From a bacterium (lineage in GTDB: Bacteria > Patescibacteriota > Microgenomatia > UBA10105 > UBA927), in NCBI GenBank assembly GCA_021817785.1, contig JAKAFY010000007.1, positions 127 through 64,126 on the forward strand: 64,000 nt of DNA, written 5' to 3'. The notes under the pieces are model-generated. The model was not told the origin of the DNA. It did no database searches and was given only the letters and a program-made list of their open reading frames with translations. The translations under genes were made by a program, and so were the position numbers. Of this stretch, positions 32,501 to 40,862 are shown in pieces. How positions within the stretch are numbered: the stretch's first letter is position 1; every line of letters begins with the position of its first letter.

Positions 32501-33199
32501 GTTGCAATGCATCGCCGTATTCGTGATGTGGGGAGCCAGATGCGCGCACGCGATGCCATGCTTGAATTTATGTCCAACTCCGAAATGTTGCTTTCCCCCA
32601 ATGATCCGACGGAGTCATTGAAGAAACTCATGGAAATCCGTACGGCGATTATCGACTACTCCGGACCGGAAGCTGCGGAAAATACCGTAAAAGAAATGGC
32701 ACGCGTGCTTATCGAAATGAATAGACATCGGAATTTATGGACGATCGGCATGGTTCCCGGCTTAACCACCGCAGGAAAGATGTTCGCGGAGGTGGATTTC
32801 CGGCCGCTAAAGGATAGTTGGGCCACGGCCCCACTACGACTTATTATGGGGGGAGATCGTTGGCGCAAATTGATAGACGAAAAGATAGCGCACTTGCCGC
32901 ACTCTGTAGCAGAGAAGATTTCGTATTCTCTGCGGTATACAGGAGCACACGGAAATGCATGGGACGAACGGAAAATCGAAGAAGTGTTAGTTACCATGCA
33001 TGATATGGGCATGTTTATTCACCATCCTGAATACGTTCAAGACCTGAGGAGAGAATTTCATGCGAAATTGGGAGATCGGTGGCTGGCAATGGCGAGAACG
33101 TACTGGTGGGTTATTGTGCTGGCAACAGTAGCAATTGCCGCAGAACAGTCTATAGAAGAACAGAAATCTGGCGGTGGTGGCGGAGGCGCGCACCATTAA
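29579..33199 (+). CDS. Large (1206 aa) charged helical protein with C-terminal TM anchor; function unknown
   Basis: Long uninterrupted ORF with a single hydrophobic stretch (YWWVIVLATVAIAA) near the end. No recognisable catalytic motif. Confidence 0.7.
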   Translation: MANEELFKRLSEAAKKAAAPNSEQAHPQQSTEATKADLPKESATAPDTSGVIDVAKEKLAEFAQKLRGSVPEAAKRIVGSDESDLPKDARVFSIVESLLAVDESQLSDPVFMRGVGEKLVGLIQETGYTSATGREAEKYLRRIVAENPSLADLRLRAMPEISGGSGLSEDREDEPAKQSRDPELSQEVEHLYNAEQDVDIKDTPLAQDLQDLQYRFRVDPGAAYDTRLTDEAVRRMVEKGRKEGMDPTTVQKAVERVRYFERFTDLRMQKHQEKLRGGRVVAWSEIKGSSPNPELHHDDDVFPDFRYIPAAEVETIIKGDGGEAEWYFNFIDQIYSLGREETRPTLTQDQRFQEFKDFLTWKYGSEYHLAVQLYQKHWDSRGQFEYAVKGLMYNPGDVKDRLKAMSLLQGADLDHLYKNFDHSNEAYSLYEHVMFELMAEKRGKYGEALKYLREDINWNGKQMKREDVLKELKAKQREEGYDPEKGKTETSLSVADQRLMHEIQQQMDLASEGVMLWDDDVQSFTELHITLSKLRNAREDLLKKKGEGAVLSESEQDQLHEVDRLYQIYSHREEMLNENFTQELIQTRGLSPVDIEVRKRLVEYMKSQTGKEPAEYEVRMALWAARTAMIGSGRMAMIGSMMSIPPSQEYHAASGKDVMRAPAFEDLQRIFNPETFASRFNIGGEMGVTARGILRQNLLRTKGITMKDPGWFKKTSGWIGEKFKLTKTPEWKNAHAHSHDKQQQAAMEAWEFAEDATGISFSELLGPSFMASGGFYDGTAWRLEKGIADELRNKMLDMRKLPENAALLDNQALSIQLLTAGNAAERRPILDRMLRRNPSKFLELLEEDTEKILIKHNVTHEEWKKFKEALSLAELKMAHEKEWQFARVDLGEKKDFDALVAPYLKMLDVEPGRTESFRAVLTDLQAEVYRSRKVEAASGVFRNKMDAIAQLKMPLTMSLTDMDWKESNFYQLGTVAMHRRIRDVGSQMRARDAMLEFMSNSEMLLSPNDPTESLKKLMEIRTAIIDYSGPEAAENTVKEMARVLIEMNRHRNLWTIGMVPGLTTAGKMFAEVDFRPLKDSWATAPLRLIMGGDRWRKLIDEKIAHLPHSVAEKISYSLRYTGAHGNAWDERKIEEVLVTMHDMGMFIHHPEYVQDLRREFHAKLGDRWLAMARTYWWVIVLATVAIAAEQSIEEQKSGGGGGGAHH

Positions 33200-33200
33200 G

Positions 33201-34823
33201 CTAATGCCCGCCCTCTCCTCCTCCGGTGAGGCCACCAAACCCCTTTTGTGAGCCTTCGCGTATCGTTTGCATCGGAGATCGCGCATCCGGCTTGTGCCGA
33301 ATTGAGCTTGCGATAAATGAACCCTGATACCATAGTTGTGTAAGTTGACCAACGCCAGACCCCAGAGGTCCGATAACCGCCCCGACCCCTCCAGGGATAA
33401 ATGGTTCCGCCTTCAGCGCCTTTTTGATGCTGCCAACAATATTCGGGATGACGAGAAGCATCCCAAGTCCGATAAATCCGGCCATGCCCGTAACCCCTCC
33501 GCCGCTTGATAAAAGTGGCGGAGCCCATATTTTTTCCGCGTTGGTTTGCGAAGTAAGAAATCCCGCCACCAGAAGAAGTACTGCGGTGAGGGGAAACACG
33601 ATAATATTTGCGGTCAGCCATCGAAACCAGCTACTGAATGAATTGGTGCCCGGGATGGCCTCCAGCATGAGCTGGAATGGTGAAAATAACAGAGAAATAA
33701 TAATATTGATATATGCGTCCACAAGCATAAAAATCAGACGGATAATTCCAAAGATTAAAACGATAAGAACGATAAGAAGAAGCAGGACCGGACCGTTTGT
33801 AAGTCCGACGGCTATGGCGGAAGCCTTTCCACCGCCTCCGATTAAGTAGGTGAGGACCCCCTGTACGACCATTGCAGTTCCAACCTGACCTGGAGTGAGA
33901 TTGCCTATCAAAAGTCTGCCAATATCATCAAGCGCCTGGAATCCGCTTGCGAAAAAGAATCGGAGCGTTCCCCATATGCCGCCATTCAATAATGTATTAA
34001 CGACCTGCGGAGTAGAGGTAGACGTGGTTGTAAACGACGGAAGCCACGTGGCCGGGCTTAATAAATTTGGATTCCACAGCCAGCTTGCCCCGGCGTTCAC
34101 GAGGGATCCAAGCGATCCATCGGGTGTGGCTCCGATGATGAGCCCGGCGGCGAGAACAATGATAAGGTACATAAGGTCAATCATAAGTCCCACGATTGCA
34201 TATGAAAATGTGACGAGAAGAAGTGCGATGACCACCCTGGGGATAGCATTTTGCACGGTTACAACTGTTTTGGGATCGATTTTTTTTCTAAACATGACCA
34301 TAAAACCGATAATGATGAGAATAACGGCAAGAAGTGCATAAGCGACGTTACGAAACGCTTTCCAAATGGGGAGCAGTACGCTAAGTCCGGAAAAACCGAT
34401 GCCCTGCGCATACGTTTGTTTGGGCATAAATCCGAGTGTCTCTCCAAGATCGCGGATGGCGAACGCAGTTGTCGCAGGGGGAGTGGTATAAAGCGCAAGC
34501 GTAACACTTGAAAGCCCGGCAAGCGCACTGTGACTATATGCGGCTTTTGCAGGACATCCTCCGACGAAATAGGCTCCGGCTATGCTAATAGTGTCCTGAA
34601 ACATGTAATTGTTATTGGACGAAGCCTGTGGCGTTGTTCCCTCGGCACACGCACCCATGATGCTGTAAATAATGCCCACCATGGAATTATTTTGTGTCGC
34701 AATATTTCCTCCCTCAAGACCAAGAGGAGTGGGATCTTCTGCGCGGACGGAGGTGGGAAATGCAAAAAAAACGGTTACGCCAATGAGAAGAGGAAGAATC
34801 AACAATAGGACAGCACGTTTCAT
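33201..34823 (-). CDS. VirB6/TrbL-like polytopic membrane protein
   Basis: Signal peptide, WKAFRNVAY...IGFMVMFR, SYAIVGLMIDL, and multiple TMs with FSPFQL...IPG...W. Adjacent to the pilin array. Confidence 0.6.
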   Translation of the reverse strand: MKRAVLLLILPLLIGVTVFFAFPTSVRAEDPTPLGLEGGNIATQNNSMVGIIYSIMGACAEGTTPQASSNNNYMFQDTISIAGAYFVGGCPAKAAYSHSALAGLSSVTLALYTTPPATTAFAIRDLGETLGFMPKQTYAQGIGFSGLSVLLPIWKAFRNVAYALLAVILIIIGFMVMFRKKIDPKTVVTVQNAIPRVVIALLLVTFSYAIVGLMIDLMYLIIVLAAGLIIGATPDGSLGSLVNAGASWLWNPNLLSPATWLPSFTTTSTSTPQVVNTLLNGGIWGTLRFFFASGFQALDDIGRLLIGNLTPGQVGTAMVVQGVLTYLIGGGGKASAIAVGLTNGPVLLLLIVLIVLIFGIIRLIFMLVDAYINIIISLLFSPFQLMLEAIPGTNSFSSWFRWLTANIIVFPLTAVLLLVAGFLTSQTNAEKIWAPPLLSSGGGVTGMAGFIGLGMLLVIPNIVGSIKKALKAEPFIPGGVGAVIGPLGSGVGQLTQLWYQGSFIASSIRHKPDARSPMQTIREGSQKGFGGLTGGGEGGH

Positions 34824-34877
34824 ATAGTCATTATCCAGAATTACATAGCGAGAGTCAATTCGGGGATAATTTGGAAT

Positions 34878-35174
34878 TTAATTTACCGGTATGGAAAACG
34901 TTGTAACATTGACGCCCGTAAATTGTTGAATGGTAAGTATTATAAGGTACGCAATAGACATAATGGCGAGACCGATGATGGCTTGGGTAATCGTGCCTCG
35001 CGCCGTTTCCAGTTTCTTGGGGTCACCTCCGGAAAACAGAAAATTATATCCGCCCACCAAAAGCATGATAAACAATGCTACCGCCCCTAAGCCGATAACT
35101 GCCCGAACGATTCCTTCAAAAAGGGGGACAAGACATTGAATAGTTGCGGCCCCGTCAATTGCGCAATTGTTCAT
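34878..35174 (-). CDS. VirB2/TrbC-like (T4SS) pilin
   Basis: TM-GGxxxxxSGGDPKK..AR..I..AIIG-TM pattern. Confidence 0.75.
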   Translation of the reverse strand: MNNCAIDGAATIQCLVPLFEGIVRAVIGLGAVALFIMLLVGGYNFLFSGGDPKKLETARGTITQAIIGLAIMSIAYLIILTIQQFTGVNVTTFSIPVN

Positions 35175-35225
35175 ATGACATCATTATCTCGTATTTCTTC
35201 AGAAGGGACAAGCAATCGATAATGA

Positions 35226-35564
35226 TTAGTATGGTTTCGGGAAGTTTATAGACCCGCCGATGATCTGTACGCCCAGGAAGTTCTGGACGAGCGTCATGAT
35301 GGCCCATGCGGATCCTACGATGATGAGTCCGACAATAGCGTGGGTAATTTTGTTGCGGGCTTCTTCCATGCCGGCTTTATCTCCGCCGGAGGTGATCCAT
35401 TTAATGCCGCCTAAGACAAGGTAGAGAAATGCCAAAAGAGCGGCAATAATCAGTGTTGTGCCGACCAATGCACTAATCAGTTGGCCAAGATCCGTGATCT
35501 TAATCGTGTCCGGCTGTTTCAGATTTAATGATGCCTGTGCGTAAACTGTTTCTATAAGTGCCAT
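35226..35564 (-). CDS. VirB2/TrbC-like pilin
   Basis: VYA cleavage-like site, GGIKWITSGGDK..EEARNKITHAIVG, and a GGAGG RBS upstream. Confidence 0.78.
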   Translation of the reverse strand: MALIETVYAQASLNLKQPDTIKITDLGQLISALVGTTLIIAALLAFLYLVLGGIKWITSGGDKAGMEEARNKITHAIVGLIIVGSAWAIMTLVQNFLGVQIIGGSINFPKPY

Positions 35565-35676
35565 AGGTTTCCTCCGTCAAATCAATCTTTATTATATCCT
35601 ATACCCCATTCTTGCGCAAATTTGTCGGCCTTGTCAACACCGAGCTTTATCAAGCAGCGACACGGGAAACAAATCG

Positions 35677-36024
35677 CTATTGGCCCATGGTCGGCAGATG
35701 CAAGTTCGGGAAATCGATACCCAAAAATCCGCCCACAAGCGTCATGATTGCCCATATGGCTCCCACGATAATAAGCCCGATAATGGCATTGGTAATCTCA
35801 TCCCGTGCGGCCTGGAGCTTCGCCTTGTCTCCGCCCGAGGTAATCCAGTTAAATCCGCCGAGCAACAGATACATAAATGCGACGACGAACGAAAAAATGA
35901 CAAACGCGCCGATAAAGTTCGAAATAAGGGATCCGATGGCAGATGAGCCGTCCGCGTTGCCGCCGCCACCCAATGAGCTCGGAAGTACCGGGTTGGTTAT
36001 TTGTGCGAGCGCGTGCGTTATCAT
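35677..36024 (-). CDS. VirB2/TrbC-like pilin
   Basis: GGFNWITSGGDKAKLQAARDEITNAIIG motif. Confidence 0.78.
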   Translation of the reverse strand: MITHALAQITNPVLPSSLGGGGNADGSSAIGSLISNFIGAFVIFSFVVAFMYLLLGGFNWITSGGDKAKLQAARDEITNAIIGLIIVGAIWAIMTLVGGFLGIDFPNLHLPTMGQ

Positions 36025-36029
36025 ATCGG

Positions 36030-36404
36030 TTATTGATTCGGACTAAGCCGGTTAATCAGATCTCCAGGACTGGAAATAGTAAAGTCAACGCCAAAAAATG
36101 TCCCGGCAAGCGCTAATATAGCCCACGCGGCAACCACAACAATAAGCCCGATAAATGCGTTGGTCAGTTTATCGCGGGCGGTTTGCAGCTTTGCCTTATC
36201 GCCGCCGGCGGAAATCCAGCTGAATCCGCCAATCAAAAACTGGATAAGAAACCAAATCCCTGCGGCGATCGTCATGAGGCCAACGACTGAGGAGATTATT
36301 TTTGTTATCCCCATGAGCCCGGAGGTTCCGTCGCTGCTGTTGGCGAATGGCCCGAGGCCTGCGCCACCGATTTGACCGAGCGGTACTTGTGCTAAAGGTT
36401 TCAT
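36030..36404 (-). CDS. VirB2/TrbC-like pilin
   Basis: GGFSWISAGGDKAKLQTARDKLTNAFIG motif. Confidence 0.78.
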   Translation of the reverse strand: MKPLAQVPLGQIGGAGLGPFANSSDGTSGLMGITKIISSVVGLMTIAAGIWFLIQFLIGGFSWISAGGDKAKLQTARDKLTNAFIGLIVVVAAWAILALAGTFFGVDFTISSPGDLINRLSPNQ

Positions 36405-36405
36405 A

Positions 36406-36759
36406 CTATTGCGGGCCGTAGATTACCGGATTTAGGATCGAGAATCCCGGTCCGAAAATGAGATAGCCAAACAGTGACGCGATGGCAAACGATGCCACCA
36501 TGATGACCAGCCCCATAAGTGACTGCCATATGCGGGACCACGCCTTTTCCAGTTTTTTGCTGTCGCCTCCCGCATTGATGTATTCAAATCCGGCGATGAG
36601 AAAGTTAAATAATGCGTATATGCCAGCCACAACAAACAACAAACGGATAATGTTGGTGATAAACAGCCCAACTCCGCCCAGATTGCCATAGCTGGTGCCC
36701 ATGAGCGGACTCTGAACCGTTCCGAAAATCGGTGCGACGTCTACAGCAAGTACTTTCAT
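36406..36759 (-). CDS. VirB2/TrbC-like pilin
   Basis: AGFEYINAGGDSKKLEKAWSRIWQSLMG motif. Confidence 0.75.
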   Translation of the reverse strand: MKVLAVDVAPIFGTVQSPLMGTSYGNLGGVGLFITNIIRLLFVVAGIYALFNFLIAGFEYINAGGDSKKLEKAWSRIWQSLMGLVIMVASFAIASLFGYLIFGPGFSILNPVIYGPQ

Positions 36760-36765
36760 AAAACG

Positions 36766-37074
36766 TTAAAATCCCAGTAATTTTTGACCGGTGATGACAC
36801 TGATAATTTGTACGATCCAAAATGACCCGAATACTACAAGCAATCCGATAACCGCGCCCGTTATCGCGGCTTTGCCCTGTTCCGCTTTTTTGGCGTCGCC
36901 TGCGGCTACTATAACTTGAAAACCGCCGAAAATCAATAAAAAGAAGCTTATAAGACTGGCAAAAACAAACGCATTCCGGACGATTGCGGTGACCAACGGG
37001 CCAAAGGACGTGAGTCCCGGGTTCGGGGCGAGATTTGCAATATCTATAGAGTCCGCAAGCACTTTTTCGATCAT
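36766..37074 (-). CDS. VirB2/TrbC-like pilin
   Basis: GGFQVIVAAGDAKKAEQGKAAITGAVIG motif. Start placed at MIEKVLA, 6 nt after a TACACT box. Confidence 0.75.
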   Translation of the reverse strand: MIEKVLADSIDIANLAPNPGLTSFGPLVTAIVRNAFVFASLISFFLLIFGGFQVIVAAGDAKKAEQGKAAITGAVIGLLVVFGSFWIVQIISVITGQKLLGF

Positions 37075-37134
37075 GTAGCCAGTGTAGGGAATTTGAGGCG
37101 GGCAGTCAATTATGCTATAGTCATACGTTGTCTC

Positions 37135-37674
37135 ATGGATGATACAACGCTTATCAAACGATTGTTTGCCCACGACCGGAAATCCGTCTCCGCGTTTTAT
37201 CACGAATACGCCCCGCAATTGCACCGATTTATCCTGGGACGCGTTGCATTTTCCCAGGATGCAGAAGAGATTTTACAGGATACCCTGTTTGCATTTTTGG
37301 AAGGCCTTCGGGATTTTCAGGGGAAAAGCAGTATCCGGACATATCTGTTTTCCATTTGTCAGCACAAAATAATCGACTACTATCGCCGGAAGAAAATAAA
37401 GCATCTGGTGTTTTCCCAGGTTCCGCAGCTTGAAATGCTGGTATCTCCGCTGATGGGGCCCGAGGCATCACTCGATGAAAAGCTGGTAAAAGAGAAAATC
37501 CAGAAAGTACTTTCCCGGATTGCCCCTGTATACCGCCAGGTGCTGGTACTCAAATATCTGGAGCAGGTGCCGGTTGAGGAAATTGCCCAAAAACTTTCCA
37601 TATCGTTTAAAAGTGCGGAGTCACGGCTTTTCCGTGCCCGAAAAAATTTCGTGGAGCTGTTTTTGTCTATCTAA
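37135..37674 (+). CDS. ECF-type RNA polymerase sigma factor
   Basis: DAEEILQDTL, FQGKSSIRTYLFSICQHKIIDYYRR (region 2) and EEIAQKL...ESRLFRAR (region 4). Confidence 0.93.
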   Translation: MDDTTLIKRLFAHDRKSVSAFYHEYAPQLHRFILGRVAFSQDAEEILQDTLFAFLEGLRDFQGKSSIRTYLFSICQHKIIDYYRRKKIKHLVFSQVPQLEMLVSPLMGPEASLDEKLVKEKIQKVLSRIAPVYRQVLVLKYLEQVPVEEIAQKLSISFKSAESRLFRARKNFVELFLSI

Positions 37675-37677
37675 CCT

Positions 37678-37908
37678 ATGAGCAGCATTGCCTATCAGCG
37701 GTTTATGAAACGATGGGAAGAAGTGACGGATTTGCCTCCTCAGTCCCTGGGGCCGCTGACCGGCGTATACAAATGGTGCACGAAACGGTTTAAAGTCATG
37801 CCGTGGCCGTGGTTTATCGGCGTCAGCATCGTCATTGCGATAGGGATATATATCATATTGGGATCCGCCATTTCGTATCTTGTCACGTTGCTCCAGAGGG
37901 GGTTTTAG
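37678..37908 (+). CDS. Small single-pass membrane protein (possible anti-sigma/sigma partner)
   Basis: Starts 3 nt after the sigma stop; C-terminal TM. Confidence 0.55.
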   Translation: MSSIAYQRFMKRWEEVTDLPPQSLGPLTGVYKWCTKRFKVMPWPWFIGVSIVIAIGIYIILGSAISYLVTLLQRGF

Positions 37909-37961
37909 CACTCGCCACCCCGTTCGCGCAGGTTTTATCCACCAATTACGACTACCTAAGT

Positions 37962-38585
37962 ATGGACGTTCTAACGGCGCTCGTCGTGGGGGGGATTGGT
38001 TTCGGCAGGACCGCTATCGGGCTGGTCACGCGGCCCTATGAAACCTATCGCCGGATAGTCAGCTATAGCAGGATTAGTGAGTTGGTGTTTGTCGGGCTTT
38101 TCGCGGGCATCTATTTTGCGTTTGCAAGCATGGTGAAGGGGGCCGCCTTCCGTCCGTTTCTTTTTACGCGCCAATTTATCGTTTTGTATGCGGCGGCTGC
38201 GGGGGGCTACGGTATCGCCATTGGCTCTCTGTGGTTGGCAGGTGTAGTGCTACGGGCCACGTTTCATCTGCGTGCGCTGTTTCTTGCGTGGGGATATACA
38301 TTACTGCCGACGGTTGCATGGTTTTTGGCAACCTCGCTTCTGTATGTGATCCTTCCTCCTCCGCGGACCACCAGCACGCTGGGTATCGCTTTCAGCATAT
38401 TGTTTTTGATATTTAGCGCGACGCTGTTTTGGTGGAAAATGATGCTGTCCTACCTTACGCTCCGTTTTGTGTTTAAATTTGATTTATCCCGCATCGGGAT
38501 GGCAAGTATGATCGTACTTCCGATTATGGCTGCCTATAGCGTACTCATGTACTACTGGGGCATATTTAAAATTCCGTTTTTATGA
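37962..38585 (+). CDS. Yip1-like polytopic membrane protein
   Basis: LVTRPYETYRRI followed by about 5 TMs and AWGYTLLP. ATGA-coupled to hmgA. Confidence 0.55.
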   Translation: MDVLTALVVGGIGFGRTAIGLVTRPYETYRRIVSYSRISELVFVGLFAGIYFAFASMVKGAAFRPFLFTRQFIVLYAAAAGGYGIAIGSLWLAGVVLRATFHLRALFLAWGYTLLPTVAWFLATSLLYVILPPPRTTSTLGIAFSILFLIFSATLFWWKMMLSYLTLRFVFKFDLSRIGMASMIVLPIMAAYSVLMYYWGIFKIPFL

Positions 38586-39748
38586 ACATACGCCAATATA
38601 CAAGTATTGCCGATCGCAGAAACGCGTTAGAAAAAATGACGGGGACATCGTTTTCCCACATCGGATCATATTCGCTGGATGAAAAAACAGCCTCATCCAG
38701 GCATTGTGAAAATATGATTGGGGTGACCCAGGTGCCGATGGGAGTTGCGGGCCCGCTTTATATAACTCATGTATCGGGGAATACCGGTCATGAATATTAT
38801 ATCCCGCTGTCTACGACAGAAGGGGCGTTAGTTGCGTCCGTCAATCGCGGCTGTAAAGCAATTACCGAATGCGGTGGCGCGGTTACAGACAGTCACGCCG
38901 TGGGAGCGACACGGGGACCGGTGTTTAGAGTAAAAAACCTTCAAGAAAGCCGCCGTCTGTATGAATATGTAAAGACGCATAAACGTGCGCTTGAAGAGGT
39001 GGCATCAAAAACGTCGCATCATTTAACGCTCCATAATATATTGACGCGCGGAGTAGGTCGATATCGATATATCCGGTTTGTGTTTGATACGCAGGATGCC
39101 ATGGGAATGAACATGGTCACGATAGCCTCTGAGGCAATCGCTGCATACATAGAGCGAGAAACCGGCATAGCGTGCCTTGCCGTCGCGGGCAATTTTGATA
39201 TTGATAAAAAACCGGCGTGGTTAAACTTTATTGAAAATCGGGGAACAAAAGCATGGGCAGAAGTTACCATCCCGAAGCATATCCTGAAGAACGTGCTTAA
39301 AACGACGGCACGGGACATATATGACGTGTGGCTTGCCAAATGCATGATTGGAAGTGCTATGAGCGGATCCATGGGATTTAATGCGCAGTACGCCAACATC
39401 GTGGCCGCCATGTTTTTGGCAACCGGCCAGGACCTGGGGCATATTGGCGAGGGAAGCATGGGAATAACAACTGCGGAGGTGGTCGATAATCATGATCTGT
39501 ATATCAGCGTGTATCTGCCGGATCTCATGGTGGGCACCGTGGGCGGGGGGACTGCGCTTGCAACACAAGAAGAGGCGCTACGCCTCTTGGGAATTGCCGG
39601 CGGCAAAGACGGGAGTCATGCGGCTGTATTTGCCGAAATTATCGGAGCCGCTGTGTTGGCCGGGGAAATCTCACTGCTCGCGTCCCTTTCTCAGGGGACA
39701 TTGGCAAAAGCCCATGAAGTTTTGGCCCGAGGAGGGAAACGCCCATGA
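38582..39748 (+). CDS. hmgA: Class I (archaeal/eukaryotic type) HMG-CoA reductase
   Basis: CENMIG, PLSTTEGALVAS, DAMGMNM, cis-loop GNFDIDKKPA and GTVGGGT motifs. Confidence 0.96.
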   Translation: MNIRQYTSIADRRNALEKMTGTSFSHIGSYSLDEKTASSRHCENMIGVTQVPMGVAGPLYITHVSGNTGHEYYIPLSTTEGALVASVNRGCKAITECGGAVTDSHAVGATRGPVFRVKNLQESRRLYEYVKTHKRALEEVASKTSHHLTLHNILTRGVGRYRYIRFVFDTQDAMGMNMVTIASEAIAAYIERETGIACLAVAGNFDIDKKPAWLNFIENRGTKAWAEVTIPKHILKNVLKTTARDIYDVWLAKCMIGSAMSGSMGFNAQYANIVAAMFLATGQDLGHIGEGSMGITTAEVVDNHDLYISVYLPDLMVGTVGGGTALATQEEALRLLGIAGGKDGSHAAVFAEIIGAAVLAGEISLLASLSQGTLAKAHEVLARGGKRP

Positions 39749-40788
39749 TCGGTATCGTTTCCTACGGAACATATATCCCGTGGTATCGGCTAAAACTAGC
39801 TGACGTTGCGGCGGTGTGGAAAAAAGATCATCGCGAAATTATCCCGTCACTGGGGGTCGAAGAAAAAGCGGTTCCCGCGTCGGATGAAGACGCCGTAACA
39901 ATTGCCCTAGAAGCGGCACGGCAGAGCCTTACTGATTTTCCCGGGGCGTCGACGGATATCGATGTGTTGTTTGTAGGAAGCGAAAGCCATCCGTATGCGG
40001 TAAACCCCACCTCAACGATTGTGGGCGAGCTGCTTGGCATGGGCCACCATTATTTGGCTGCCGACATGGAATTTGCGTGTAAAGCGGGAACCGCCGGCAT
40101 GGTCGCCATAGCCGGTATGGTTGCTGCAGGACACGCACGGTATGGATTGGCAATTGGTGCCGATACGGCGCAAAGCAAGCCGCATGACGCGCTGGAATAT
40201 ACCTCGGCGGCAGCTGGCGCTGCATATCTTTTGGGAAGCGAACATATCGCCGTGCGGCTCCTTGGAGATACGTCGTATTCTTCTGACACTCCCGATTTTT
40301 GGCGTCGTGACGGAATACGGTATCCCTCACATGCAGGCAGATTTACCGGGGAACCTGCATATTTTACCCACGTGATGGGTGCGGCGACCCGCATGCTGGA
40401 AATGACCAATATGAAACCGTCTGACTTCGATTGGTGCGTATTCCACATGCCAAACGGTAAATTTCCCCGGGCCGCAGCAAAACGGTTAGGGTTCACCGCT
40501 TCCCAGCTTGCGCCGTCGCTTACGGTGGATTCCATAGGGAATCCGTACTCTGCCTCTGCAATGTTGGGGCTAGCTGCGGTGCTTGATGTAGCCAAGCCGG
40601 GCCAGAAGATTTTTATGGTGTCGTATGGGTCCGGTGCCGGAAGCGATGCGTTTGTGTGGGAGACGACGGAAGAGTTAGTCAAACGTCAAAAGGTAAAAGT
40701 AAAAAATAACGCATTGGTACGGCAACAAATCGAGAATAAAACATATATCAGTTATGTTCAATATTTAAAACAGACACACAAAATTTAA
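39745..40788 (+). CDS. Archaeal-type HMG-CoA synthase
   Basis: VGSESHPYAVNP, EFACKAGT (catalytic Cys), DTPDFWRR, HMPNGKFP and SYGSGAGSD motifs. Confidence 0.95.
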   Translation: MIGIVSYGTYIPWYRLKLADVAAVWKKDHREIIPSLGVEEKAVPASDEDAVTIALEAARQSLTDFPGASTDIDVLFVGSESHPYAVNPTSTIVGELLGMGHHYLAADMEFACKAGTAGMVAIAGMVAAGHARYGLAIGADTAQSKPHDALEYTSAAAGAAYLLGSEHIAVRLLGDTSYSSDTPDFWRRDGIRYPSHAGRFTGEPAYFTHVMGAATRMLEMTNMKPSDFDWCVFHMPNGKFPRAAAKRLGFTASQLAPSLTVDSIGNPYSASAMLGLAAVLDVAKPGQKIFMVSYGSGAGSDAFVWETTEELVKRQKVKVKNNALVRQQIENKTYISYVQYLKQTHKI

Positions 40789-40823
40789 AGAATGCAGGGT
40801 GAGAGATGGGGGCTCGTACAGCG

Positions 40824-40862
40824 CTCTAAACTCTAAACTCTAAACTCTAAACTCTAAACTCT
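40824..40862 (+). repeat. Heptamer tandem repeat (CTCTAAA)x5.6
   Basis: Read directly from the sequence; abuts the thiolase ATG at 40863. Confidence 0.95.

Noticed and set aside
19473-37074. Integrative conjugative element or prophage
   Set aside because: No integrase, relaxase, att repeats or phage structural genes; housekeeping nadD is embedded and the composition looks like the core genome.
34878-37074. Pilin array as a DGR or recombinational antigenic-variation cassette
   Set aside because: The copies are divergent full genes with their own starts; no reverse transcriptase, recombinase or near-identical repeats were seen.
37935-37943. DnaA-box-like TTATCCACC upstream of the Yip1-like gene
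   Set aside because: A single imperfect 9-mer, expected by chance.
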